NCBI GenBank assembly: GCA_039799965.1
Contig: JBDLRS010000011.1
Location: 1,234-65,233 of the forward strand
Source of the DNA: Pseudomonadota bacterium
Lineage (GTDB): Bacteria; Bdellovibrionota_C; UBA2361; OMII01
Direction: 5' to 3'
Length of the DNA stretch: 64,000 nt
Shown: one piece after another, positions 49,894-59,585 of the stretch
Layout of the letters: every line of letters starts with the position of its first letter
Position numbering within the stretch: position 1 is the stretch's first letter
Notes under the pieces: generated by a model
What the model saw: only the letters and a program-made list of their open reading frames with translations
The model's database searches: none
What the model was told of the DNA's origin: nothing
Program-made: the position numbers and the translations under genes

Positions 49894-50364
49894 ATGACCA
49901 CCAAAGCTACAGAAAAAATCATCGAAGCTCTCACGCAACTCGTAGAGGGATTCGCGGAGCTTCAAGAGAAGCTTGAGGAGGACTACGATCCCGATATGGA
50001 GACCGAGTCTGACGATGACGATACTGATAGCGACGATGAAGAGGGCGCGACAGGTATAGAGGAGGCCATCGTTACCGAGATCAAGGCGGCCGTTGAGTCG
50101 GTCATCGAAAACGAGGACTGCGCCCCTGAGGATCTCGCATCCATAGTGTCAGCCCTTACTGGCGCCCTCGAGGAGATCGCTCCAGAGGTATTCAGCCACG
50201 GCGAGGCTGAGGAGGAAGAGGAAGAAGAGGAGGAGGAGTACGAAGAGGTCGACGACGAAGACTTCGAGGAGGACTACGACGAGGACGAAGACGAGGACGA
50301 AGACGAAGACGAGGACGAGGACGAGGACGAAGACGAGGATGAGGACGAAGACGATGATGACTAG
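49894..50364 (+). CDS. highly acidic protein with C-terminal poly-Asp/Glu tail
   Basis: ATG at 49894 (MTTKATEKIIEAL...). The last ~60 residues are almost pure D/E (EEEEEEEEEEYEEVDDEDFEEDYDEDEDEDEDED...DDDD), encoded by a GAGGACGAAGAC-type microsatellite. Confidence 0.5.
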   Translation: MTTKATEKIIEALTQLVEGFAELQEKLEEDYDPDMETESDDDDTDSDDEEGATGIEEAIVTEIKAAVESVIENEDCAPEDLASIVSALTGALEEIAPEVFSHGEAEEEEEEEEEEYEEVDDEDFEEDYDEDEDEDEDEDEDEDEDEDEDEDEDDDD

Positions 50365-50542
50365 GTCTTAAAGGTCCCCTCTGATTCAGTTGCTAATCTT
50401 TCACTTGAGTACCAGACAAAGGCCCAAGTGGAAGATTAGGAACAGCCCGCGGGGGCGGGCTAAAAACAAGAATACTAACTTGTCAGTGTCCGGCATGCCG
50501 GTGAAGAATTATTTACCTAACGGGCTATTTACCTAACGGGCT

Positions 50543-50731
50543 ATAGCAGGGCGGTGAAAAATGGTTCCGTCGTGAGCATTTTGAGAGTTTTGACGAAACG
50601 AGGCGGAGACGACGAAAAAACCGGAGGCGTATCCACTGAGATACGTTGAGGTTTTTTTCGGGGGCTCCAACGAAGTTGCAGTCAAACTATCGAAATGCGC
50701 AACAGGAAATCATTCTTCACCACCGTGATAG
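50543..50731. mobile_element. 181-bp MITE-like element, copy 4 (core 50547..50727; degenerate TIRs), ATAG flanks
   Basis: Left end CAGGGCGGTG and right end CACCACCGTG each carry one substitution. Sits between the convergent acidic-protein gene and the M16 peptidase gene. Directly preceded by two tandem TTTACCTAACGGGCTA units. Confidence 0.7.
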
Positions 50732-50766
50732 AGCAGACGCAGCGCTTGTCTACTGCCTGAGAACCA

Positions 50767-52002
50767 CTACTCCGGCAAAAGCCGATACTCAGACCAATCG
50801 GTCATTGGGAACTTTTCCAAAGCGCGCTCAATATCGTTTCGAGAGATTGAACGAACCTTCGCGATCGTTTCCGAGAGGGGCGTCGTCGTTCTACGATAGT
50901 TCCACTCGAGGCCCAGCGACATTAGCCGCCCCATCGGCAATTCGCCATCCAGAACGATACGCGAAACTATCTTTGCCTTCGCTCGCTCCAGATCCGCGTC
51001 ACTGAAATCCAAGGGACGATTGACAATTGCTTTGGCGATCTTCACGACCTCATCAAGCTTAGACGGGGAGGTGCTCACATACACCATCAAACATCCGGTG
51101 CCATCCCGCTCATCGCTATCAAAACTCGCGGAATCAGCTAATCCCTTATCAACCAGATCCCAATACATCTTTGAACCCGATGAATCGCCTAAGATATTTG
51201 AGAGGATAGAGAGCGAGTATCGCTCCTCATCCTGCGCGCTTGCACCTTTGGCGAGGAGCACCGCGTGTGAGTGACTCAAGTTTTTGCGACGAAACTCCCT
51301 GTAGACCTCCTTGCTCTCATGTCGGGAGACATCGCGGCCGACCTCGAAATCGGTCCATGTGCCACACAATGCTCGAGCGTCTCTCAAAAAATCATCAATG
51401 GAGAAGTTACCCGAAGCAGCCAGCACGATGTTCGATGGAGAGTATCTCCGGTCGAAGTACGCCTTCATCTCATCACGTGTTACAGCGGAGACCGACTCAT
51501 CACTTCCGAGAACCGAATTGCCCGCTGGATGACCTCCGAAGTAATCCTTGAACGCGTTCTCGAAAAGATAGAAGTGAGGGCGATCCCGGTACAACGCGAT
51601 CTCCTCAAGGATTACCTTCTTCTCCATTGAGAACTCCTCGGGAACGAGGGCTGGACGCATCATATCGGAGAGGAGCTCCTGCATCGCCTTAAACTTCTCA
51701 GGGATGACGGTGGCGTAGTACACCGTGTTCTCCTCCGAGGTAAAGGCGTTTGCCTGCGCGCCAAGATTACCTAATTGAAGATTGATATCGAGGGCCGAGC
51801 GGGTCGGCGTTCCCTTGAACAACATATGTTCAAGGAAGTGCGAGACCCCAGACTCTCGTGCGGTCTCATCTCGAGCGCCCGTGCGAACAAAGAACCCGAT
51901 ACCTGCACTTACGTTGGCGGGATTACTCTCAGCCAGAATCGTTAACCCGTTCGTAAGAACCTCTTTGTAAACTTTGATAGCCATCTTATCTTCCCTCTCC
52001 AA
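50767..52002 (-). CDS. M16 family zinc peptidase (active subunit, HxxEH)
   Basis: 411 aa with the inverted zinc-binding motif HFLEHMLFKG. Confidence 0.75.
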   Translation of the reverse strand: MEREDKMAIKVYKEVLTNGLTILAESNPANVSAGIGFFVRTGARDETARESGVSHFLEHMLFKGTPTRSALDINLQLGNLGAQANAFTSEENTVYYATVIPEKFKAMQELLSDMMRPALVPEEFSMEKKVILEEIALYRDRPHFYLFENAFKDYFGGHPAGNSVLGSDESVSAVTRDEMKAYFDRRYSPSNIVLAASGNFSIDDFLRDARALCGTWTDFEVGRDVSRHESKEVYREFRRKNLSHSHAVLLAKGASAQDEERYSLSILSNILGDSSGSKMYWDLVDKGLADSASFDSDERDGTGCLMVYVSTSPSKLDEVVKIAKAIVNRPLDFSDADLERAKAKIVSRIVLDGELPMGRLMSLGLEWNYRRTTTPLSETIAKVRSISRNDIERALEKFPMTDWSEYRLLPE

Positions 52003-53236
52003 TGAGTCCTGTTGGAACGCTCAACGTGTGTTTACCAAGCGTCAGAATGCTGCACGGTTTGAAGGGGTACGACGCGAGGAACGTATCCACACTCGAAACT
52101 GTCACCTTATCGATCGCGGCGTTTATCTCGGACAAGGGTCTCACCCTCTGGAGGAGCCACCAATCCTGCGCGTTTGATCCAGCTCGAGCGCCCGGCGACT
52201 CCTCGCCCATGATGAGTGAGGCCTTCAGATTTGTCCTTGCCCGTTCAAGCTCGTCCTCCGTAACCGTTCCCCGCAGTCCATGGAGCTCCTTCAAGAGCAC
52301 ATCGATACTCTCTTGCGCTCGCTCAGGTGTGGTTCCTACATAGGCCGTGACGGTGCCGTAATCGTTCGTGGAGCCGTGTCGGGCGTACACCGAGTAGCAC
52401 AGCCCCCTCTTCTCCCGAACCTCAACGAAAAGTCGCCCAAACATGGAGGCTCCTAACACGCTTACCGCGAGCTTTCCATCATAGTAGCCCTCCTGATTAA
52501 ATCGTACGGACGGAGAAGCGAATACGATCTGCATCTGTGAAGAGTCTGAATCGATGTGAAAGTAATCGTTCCTCGGCATCGCGCCGAATTGAGGGATCTG
52601 AACATCCCCTCCGCTCCAATCTCCAAAGAATTTTTCGACGGTAGTAAGCACCTCGGCTGTTTTTACCTTACCGGCGATGGAGAGGATCGCCCTCCGCGGA
52701 CTGAACAGCTTCTGCCACAAGCCGTGGACGGTAGCGCGATTTGTTCCCTTGATGCCTTCGGCGTCCCCCAACGATGGGCGATTGTAGGGCGCTGGATAAT
52801 AGCGCTTGGAAAGCTCCACCATCGAACGACGAGCGGGATTGTCGCTCAGGGAATCGATATCCTGCAACAGCACGCTCTGAATGTTCGGAATCTCATCCTC
52901 CGCAAGATGCGGTTCACGCACCATATAGGATACCAGCTCCAACGCGCGCGGTAGGGAGTCGCTGACGAGGGAGCCACTGAAAGCGTATCGATCACTCCCG
53001 ACCCCTTCCCCGTGCCGAATACCGAGGTCGTCAAAGGCCTCAGAGAGTTGTCTCGATGAAAGTGGGCCCGCGCCCCGCCCGATCATCTCCCCAAGAATTA
53101 ACCCCGCCCCAACCTTGTCCTCGGGGTCGCAGACGAGTCCACCAGGTATAAGAAGGTCATAGGACGCCGACTCAACGTGAGGCATCTCCTCGACTATCAC
53201 CGAGAGTCCATTTGCTAATGTATGCGTTGTAATCAT
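51986..53236 (-). CDS. M16 family peptidase-like protein (no HxxEH; probable non-catalytic partner)
   Basis: 416 aa with M16 fold pattern but LILGEMIGRG in place of the zinc motif. Overlaps the downstream M16 gene by 17 nt. Confidence 0.7.
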   Translation of the reverse strand: MITTHTLANGLSVIVEEMPHVESASYDLLIPGGLVCDPEDKVGAGLILGEMIGRGAGPLSSRQLSEAFDDLGIRHGEGVGSDRYAFSGSLVSDSLPRALELVSYMVREPHLAEDEIPNIQSVLLQDIDSLSDNPARRSMVELSKRYYPAPYNRPSLGDAEGIKGTNRATVHGLWQKLFSPRRAILSIAGKVKTAEVLTTVEKFFGDWSGGDVQIPQFGAMPRNDYFHIDSDSSQMQIVFASPSVRFNQEGYYDGKLAVSVLGASMFGRLFVEVREKRGLCYSVYARHGSTNDYGTVTAYVGTTPERAQESIDVLLKELHGLRGTVTEDELERARTNLKASLIMGEESPGARAGSNAQDWWLLQRVRPLSEINAAIDKVTVSSVDTFLASYPFKPCSILTLGKHTLSVPTGLIGEGR

Positions 53237-54531
53237 CTTTTCTTCGTATCCCCTACAATATCAATGAGAGTCGTCTTCTTTGGCTCTGTCGAACCCGAAA
53301 AGCTTTGATACATCCTCTCCAGTTCCTCCCCCAGGAACATCCCAGTCCGCTTCTTGAATACCGCTTCCTTGATGTCCGCCATGGTGATCGTTTCGGGGGC
53401 TCGCATGAGAAGAAGAGGCATATCGCGTCCCTCTCCACGCATGATCATACCGGATTGCTCAAGCCCGTCGAGGCTCGCCTTAAGAACCACCGAACTACAC
53501 CCAAGCTTCTCAGCGATCTCAAGCTCGTTCGGCGCATCTTCACCCCGTTGAAACGCCCTGACGATGAGAACGAGGGATTGCACGGCGAGGATCATAGCAC
53601 CATCACCCACCGCCATAAGCGAACGCTTCCACAGGCTTCCCGATCGGGGAAGATGTTGCGCTTGATATGAGACCTCTGCTCCAAAGAGAACTATAGTCCA
53701 GGAGATGTACAGCCAGAAAAGGAAGATCGGAACGAAGGCGAAAGCGACGTAGACACGCTCGTAGCTGGCAAACCGCACCAGATACACAGCAAACCAGTGC
53801 TTAGCCGCGCCAAAGAGCAACGCCGCCATCAACGCTCCGAAACAGGCGGGCACTACCTTCACGGGCGCTTTGGGCACCAAGTAGTAGAGCGCCAAGAAGG
53901 CGAGAAAATCGATGAAAATCGGGAGCATCTCCTCGTACGCGCGGTTAATCGCGCCGAGCCCTGCAAAGAAGATATCTACCTTCGATGAGGTGTAGTACCC
54001 GGATATGGCGAAGAACGGGATCAAAACGATAATGGCACAGAATATCGCCAGACGGTCAGTGAACGGTCGAGGTTGATAGACCTGCCACACCTGATTCAAC
54101 GCATATTCAATGGAGTTAAGAAGCAATACCGAGGTTACCACTAAGGTAAGCAGCACAAGAAAGTTCAAGGTCCTCATGTTCTCGCTGAACTGCTGCACGT
54201 ACGGAAGGAGCTCCTGTAACGCCGATGTGCCCGGAACGAACTGCTTAAAAAGAAAACGTTGTACCTCGGCCATGCGGTCGGAATCCTGAAGAAATACCGC
54301 AAGCACTCCAAAGCAAAGCGCCGTAAGGGGAACCAGGGAAAGCAGGGATGAGTACGCGAGCGAGGCTGCCCGAGAGAACCCGTTATCCCAATAAAAGCGA
54401 TCACACGAGGAGATAATAACCCTCGTCAACCAACGGGTCTCTCCGAATAGGGCCTCCATCCGCGCGCGGATCGAGGCCATAACCGATGTTGATTGATTAG
54501 AGAGGGGCGGATTCATTGAAATATCTACCAT
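53233..54531 (-). CDS. YihY/BrkB family inner-membrane protein with C-terminal soluble extension
   Basis: 432 aa with about 6 TM segments in YihY pattern, plus about 110 extra C-terminal residues. 4-nt overlap with the M16 gene. Confidence 0.7.
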   Translation of the reverse strand: MVDISMNPPLSNQSTSVMASIRARMEALFGETRWLTRVIISSCDRFYWDNGFSRAASLAYSSLLSLVPLTALCFGVLAVFLQDSDRMAEVQRFLFKQFVPGTSALQELLPYVQQFSENMRTLNFLVLLTLVVTSVLLLNSIEYALNQVWQVYQPRPFTDRLAIFCAIIVLIPFFAISGYYTSSKVDIFFAGLGAINRAYEEMLPIFIDFLAFLALYYLVPKAPVKVVPACFGALMAALLFGAAKHWFAVYLVRFASYERVYVAFAFVPIFLFWLYISWTIVLFGAEVSYQAQHLPRSGSLWKRSLMAVGDGAMILAVQSLVLIVRAFQRGEDAPNELEIAEKLGCSSVVLKASLDGLEQSGMIMRGEGRDMPLLLMRAPETITMADIKEAVFKKRTGMFLGEELERMYQSFSGSTEPKKTTLIDIVGDTKKR

Positions 54532-54820
54532 GGGCCTTACTATCCTAGACTACCCTAGTAAAGCTCAATACACTCACTTACGATGCTGACCTCCGAGCGT
54601 TTTTCCCGATATTCCCTCATAGTAATCGAAGATATCACCAAACGCCGTTCCCTTTTTATGGTTTTGGAGTTGTGAGCTCGCCGTTAGCATGAGAAAACCG
54701 GCAGCTATGTACCGCTTTGGAGGTTATCACACTCATGGATATCCGATGCTCTCACTGTAATAAATCCTCCCCAATAGAGCTCGTCAGCGGACGGGCCGTG
54801 GTGTCGTTTCGAGCTACCTG

Positions 54821-56242
54821 TCAGCTATCGTGAGAAGATGGCTCCGAAAGCACCTCGCCGCGCTCATTAATCTTGAGCTTATCCATCTTGTACTTCAGGA
54901 TCCTGCGGCTGATACCGAGCATCTCCGCGGCCCGTACCTGAACGAAGTTAGCTCGACGGAGCGCCTTCACGATCATCTCTGTTTCGAACATCCGCTCGGC
55001 CTCCTCAAAAGCCAATCCGGAAACGAAGCTGTGTGACGCCGAAGCGGGGCTGCTCCCCCGTTCACGTACCTTCTTTGGAAGATCTGTTTCGCTCACTACC
55101 TCGTTCGGACACAACGCAAGGATACTTTCGACGACGTTGCCGAGCTCACGAACGTTTCCTGGCCAGTCGTATGAGATCAATCGCTCCTTAGCCTCTGGGC
55201 TGAACAACAACCCTCGACCGCCGTATTGGCGCGAAAGTCGCGCCACGAAATTGTTGATGAGTGGCTCCACATCCTCGTGCCGATCTCGTAGTGGCGCTAA
55301 GGAGAGATGTATCACATGAATTCGATAAAAGAGATCCTGCCGAAAGGTACCCTCACGTACAAGCTGCTCAAGATCCTTATTAGTCGCGGTTACAATCCGC
55401 ACATCAACCCGAATCGGCTTAGAGCGGCCGACTCGGTAGAACTCCTGCTCCTGAAGAAAGCGCAACAATTTCACCTGCACCGCGGGGCTCAATTCCCCGA
55501 TCTCATCCAGAAAGAGAGTGCCACCGTTCGCCAACTCAAACTGCCCAAGTCTCCGTTCGACGGCGTGGGTAAAGGCACCCTTCTCATGCCCGAAGAGCTC
55601 TGACTCAATCAGCGACTCAGGGATAGAGGCGCAGTTGAGCGCGATAAAAGGTCCGTTCTTCCGGGAGCTTCGCGCGTGAATCTGACGAGCGACGAGCTCC
55701 TTGCCGGTACCAGACTCGCCGGTGATCAGCACCGTGCTGTCACGGGCAGCGATCGTATCGACCTGATTAAAAAGGTTTATCATGGCGGCTGACTTACCCA
55801 CCATCGGCCCGAAGTCACCATCGACGCTCACAACACGGGTAGTGGAGGAGATCGAATCCTTCGATTCGCCTTGCGTCGCGACCGCTACGGCCAACACCTC
55901 TTTAAGCTCCTTTATGTCAAAAGGCTTGTTGAGGTAGTTCATCGCCCCGTACTGCATAGCCTGAACCGCCCCGCGTACACTTGCGGCGCCGGTCAACATT
56001 ATCACGAAGATCTTCGGATCGAGCTCTTTAATCTGTTTCAAAAGGGAGAAGCCGTCCCCACCTGGAAGAAGCACATCGAGAAGCACGCCGTCCGGGTGCG
56101 GTTCCCGATGCGCGAGCGCGAGCGCCTCCTCGGCGTTGGTCGCGGTATCTACGTGGTACATATCTTTGAGAAGCAACGCGAGCGATGTACGCACAGACTC
56201 TTCATCATCGATGATCAGGATCCGTTTCAGACGACCTTCCAT
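54821..56242 (-). CDS. sigma-54-dependent response regulator (NtrC family: REC-AAA+-Fis HTH)
   Basis: Receiver domain (ILIIDDEESVRTSL...DVLLPGGDGF), Walker A GESGTGKE, GAFTGA-like GAFTHA, C-terminal HTH. ATG at 56242. Confidence 0.85.
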   Translation of the reverse strand: MEGRLKRILIIDDEESVRTSLALLLKDMYHVDTATNAEEALALAHREPHPDGVLLDVLLPGGDGFSLLKQIKELDPKIFVIMLTGAASVRGAVQAMQYGAMNYLNKPFDIKELKEVLAVAVATQGESKDSISSTTRVVSVDGDFGPMVGKSAAMINLFNQVDTIAARDSTVLITGESGTGKELVARQIHARSSRKNGPFIALNCASIPESLIESELFGHEKGAFTHAVERRLGQFELANGGTLFLDEIGELSPAVQVKLLRFLQEQEFYRVGRSKPIRVDVRIVTATNKDLEQLVREGTFRQDLFYRIHVIHLSLAPLRDRHEDVEPLINNFVARLSRQYGGRGLLFSPEAKERLISYDWPGNVRELGNVVESILALCPNEVVSETDLPKKVRERGSSPASASHSFVSGLAFEEAERMFETEMIVKALRRANFVQVRAAEMLGISRRILKYKMDKLKINERGEVLSEPSSHDS

Positions 56243-56606
56243 GCGCTCCCGTTGTGGTGATAAGGGATAAACCTCTTTGTGGCGTTGACCCATCCTGCGC
56301 GGACCGGGTTCCTTGATAGGATGCCAAGGCAACTGCGCGAGAATCGCGGTTGGAGCGACAGAGCCAGAAGAGACCATATATAAACCTACATTCGGCAGTT
56401 GCGGGTCTGAAAATGGCGCATCTGACTACAATCACTTTGTCTTTTGAATGTTCGGTGCTCACCCTGACGGTCCAGGGTTGCGCCTTTCGAAAAGTTCAAA
56501 ATACTTCGTGCTTTTAGCCATCTGCACCATTTTCATCCTGCGTAACTGCCGAATGTAGGATCAAGTAGTTCCGGAGAGTTACACAGAGCCCCCAAGGCGC
56601 ATCACG

Positions 56607-56625
56607 GCGGTCGAGGACGACCGCC
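56607..56625. terminator. GC hairpin GGCGGTCG-AGGA-CGACCGCC downstream of ppc (inverted relative of the 8175 motif)
   Basis: 8-bp stem with 4-nt loop, about 50 nt past the ppc stop on the minus strand. Confidence 0.35.
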
Positions 56626-56671
56626 CTCTCGGAACGCGGAGCGTACTATGCAGTTTAAGAGCGAGACGCCC

Positions 56672-59377
56672 CTATCCCGTCGTCCGAAGCCCGCCAGCGA
56701 TCGCGTTAGTGACGAGAAGCAGCACCTCAAGCGTCCCCTGCGCCCCACCACTACGCCACTCCTTGAGAAGCTCAACTTGGCGCCGATGAAGATCAGCGAG
56801 TGGGGGCTCTCGAAGGGATAGGGTCTTAAACATTCGAGGACGTCGCTCCGAGAACGCACCGCCTAGCAACATCGCGATGAGCTCACGACTTCGACGAAAC
56901 TCAGACAGTATATCGCTCATAAACGACTCTCGAAGGGTCTCATCGGGGCACAACGATGCGTAGAGGGTCATAATATCCTCGTGTGCGCTGTGGAGCGATG
57001 TTTCGATATTCAAGAAGAGATAGGCAATAGCCCCCCGTGCCTCGACCTCTCCCTGCAACGTGTTCCATCCCTCTGGATCGTTTAAGCAGAGATGGTCGAG
57101 CGCCTTTCCAACCCCATACCACCCCGAAAGGAGGAATCGAGATTGATTCCATGCGAACACCCACGGAATCGCTCGCAGGTCATCAAGGGATGCAGCGCCC
57201 GAACGTCGAGTTGGGCGAGAGCCGATCTTACTCTGCTCAATGACATCGACCGGCGTGACGAAACGGAAGAAGGAAACGAAGTCCTTTCTCGTAATCAGAT
57301 TTCGGTAGGCGTTAAAGGAGATATCCGAGATCGTCTGCAGCACACGGCGGGCTCCCTCGGAGATCTCCTTCTCCTCATGAAGAGCGCCATGCTTCAAGGT
57401 TCCAGCTACCAGCACCTCAAGATTATACGAAGCGGTCAGAAGGTTGGCGTACTTTTGAGAGATCGTCTCCCCTTGCTCCGTTAACTTCATTCCATTCTCA
57501 AGAGCTCCGTGGGGCAACGAAGCCAAGAACCGATCTGTAGGGCCAGCGCCGCGGCTAATAGTTCCTCCCCGACCGTGGAAGAATCGAATCGGTTGAGACA
57601 ACTCAGTTGAGAGTGAGAGGAGTCGCTCCTGCGCGCCTTGGAGCGCCCAGAAGCTCGCGAGGATCCCGCCATCCTTATTGCTGTCACTGTACCCAATCAT
57701 CACGTCCTGAACGCCCCGCTTCGCGTTCAGCGAGCGGGCGACAACCGGATGTCGCAAGAACGCTCCGAGCACTTCATGGCTTCGCTCAAGGTCGTCAATC
57801 GTTTCAAAGAGGGGCACGATCTGCAGCGGAGTAAGTACCTCGCCATCTAAAAATTCGATCAGCTCACCCTCTCTCGCCAAAAGACATACCGTGAAGAGAT
57901 CCTCCGGCGAGCGGGTCATACTGACAATAAAGGAACCGATACCGTTCGCGCCGTAGCTCCGTACGTGATCAGCAAGAACCGCGAAAAGTTTGCGTATCTC
58001 ATCGCCCTCTGGCCCAACCGATTGAGAGTGAGGAACGAAGGGGCGTGGACCAGACAACTCCGCAGAGATAAACGCCGCGCGCTCCTCCGTTGAGATCTCA
58101 CTCCATGGGCGATCAAAGATCTTTGCGTGCGTAACGAATTGATCAAGCGCCTTTTCAAGCACCGCGCTGTTCTGTCGAATATCGAGCCGCGCAAGGTGAA
58201 AGCCGAAGGTATGCGCGATCTGAATCGCGGGAAGGACATCCTCATACGCCAGGCGACTAGCCCCGATATCCCGCAACGAACGAGCGAGCAGCGCGAGATC
58301 GTCCACTAACTCCTGAGATTGAGCGTAGCTATGTACCTCCATGCCCGACGCAGAGACCGGAATTCTAAGTCCGACCAGGTTGAGAAACTGGCGAAACGGT
58401 TCTCCAGGGTTTCGGTTGACCGCCGCGTCAGCCAAAGACCCACACACCCTCTTTAACGCCTCAAGACGCTCAACAAACTCAGATGGTAACGCGAGCGAAG
58501 CCCCCGAGACACTTAATCCCGCAGCAAGTCGGCGAACCTCACTCCGTTGAAGATCGAGAGCGTTCTGTCTTAGGGAAAGTAGAGTGGCGCGAGTCACATC
58601 CGCGGTCACGAACGGATGTCCGTCGCGATCGCCACCAACCCAGTTGCCGAAAGAGAGTCCTGGAAAAACAGGCTTATCCAGGAAGCTCTCTCCATCAAAC
58701 CCCTCCCGTCTCCAGGCGATCACGAAGCGCTTCACCATCAGGGTAATAACGCGGGGGAATACCTCCGAGAGGTAGTGAATCACGTTCTGCAACTCAGAGA
58801 ACACATCGGGGCGATGGATGAAGACCTCACCAGTACGGTAGATCCGCTCAAGGTGAGCCTTCACCTCCTCTCGCATGAGGTCCCGTTCCGATGAGGAGTA
58901 CATCTGGTTCTCAAGTCGTACCTGCAACACGTAGAGATTTCGATAGTGCTCAAGCACCGTCGAACGCTTCGCCTCAGTAGGATGGGCGGTCAAGGTTGGA
59001 CACACACGAACCCGCTCAAAGAGCTTGCGAATCTCATCGCTCGAGAGGCGCCCCTTGAGGGCCGGTAGGACCTCGCGCCACCTCCCTCGCTCAACGCGCC
59101 GCCCCCCTCCCGCATCATCACGTCGCCGCGCTTGATTGGCGGTATTCTCCTCAACGGTGTTGAGAATCTGAAACGCAAGCGAATAGACACGAACGCCATG
59201 CTCCGTCAGGCGCTCAGCCCCTATATTGCTGGAAGACCCCCCTATCCTGCCGGAAGACCACGGCACAATACGAGCAAGGTCAGGCTGCCCAAGCTCATTA
59301 AGGGTCTCCGTGAGACACTCTATCAGGAATGACAGATCCTTATCCCACTTAACGAACTCAAATCCGTAATCAGTCAT
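56672..59377 (-). CDS. ppc: phosphoenolpyruvate carboxylase
   Basis: 901 aa. Motifs VFTAHPTE-like (VCPTLTAHPTEAKR), GYSDSNKDGG, and C-terminal ...RTTG. Confidence 0.9.
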   Translation of the reverse strand: MTDYGFEFVKWDKDLSFLIECLTETLNELGQPDLARIVPWSSGRIGGSSSNIGAERLTEHGVRVYSLAFQILNTVEENTANQARRRDDAGGGRRVERGRWREVLPALKGRLSSDEIRKLFERVRVCPTLTAHPTEAKRSTVLEHYRNLYVLQVRLENQMYSSSERDLMREEVKAHLERIYRTGEVFIHRPDVFSELQNVIHYLSEVFPRVITLMVKRFVIAWRREGFDGESFLDKPVFPGLSFGNWVGGDRDGHPFVTADVTRATLLSLRQNALDLQRSEVRRLAAGLSVSGASLALPSEFVERLEALKRVCGSLADAAVNRNPGEPFRQFLNLVGLRIPVSASGMEVHSYAQSQELVDDLALLARSLRDIGASRLAYEDVLPAIQIAHTFGFHLARLDIRQNSAVLEKALDQFVTHAKIFDRPWSEISTEERAAFISAELSGPRPFVPHSQSVGPEGDEIRKLFAVLADHVRSYGANGIGSFIVSMTRSPEDLFTVCLLAREGELIEFLDGEVLTPLQIVPLFETIDDLERSHEVLGAFLRHPVVARSLNAKRGVQDVMIGYSDSNKDGGILASFWALQGAQERLLSLSTELSQPIRFFHGRGGTISRGAGPTDRFLASLPHGALENGMKLTEQGETISQKYANLLTASYNLEVLVAGTLKHGALHEEKEISEGARRVLQTISDISFNAYRNLITRKDFVSFFRFVTPVDVIEQSKIGSRPTRRSGAASLDDLRAIPWVFAWNQSRFLLSGWYGVGKALDHLCLNDPEGWNTLQGEVEARGAIAYLFLNIETSLHSAHEDIMTLYASLCPDETLRESFMSDILSEFRRSRELIAMLLGGAFSERRPRMFKTLSLREPPLADLHRRQVELLKEWRSGGAQGTLEVLLLVTNAIAGGLRTTG

Positions 59378-59446
59378 ATGCTACCTAAACCTAGCAGGTT
59401 GCCATACGTTGCGGGTTGGAGAAACGGAAAAGAGCTATTCTACTCC

Positions 59447-59574
59447 GTAAACGTTCTCGTAAACGTGAACGTGAACGTACACGAACGAAGGTGCCGACCT
59501 TCTAACCATTAGGACCAGATATACGCTTATCTCCCGGGTACGTTCACGTTTACGCGCACGAGCACGTTCACGTG
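59447..59574. repeat. inverted pair of ACGTKC hexamer-repeat arms (59447..59486 and 59538..59574) in the ppc upstream region
   Basis: Left arm CGTAAACGTGAACGTGAACGTACACG is the reverse complement of the right-arm core GTACGTTCACGTTTACG. The spacer is about 50 bp. Confidence 0.5.
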
Positions 59575-59585
59575 CCCCCTGGTAG

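Noticed and set aside
50646-51005. 119-aa plus ORF
   Set aside because: It starts in MITE copy 4 and is antisense to the M16 peptidase gene.
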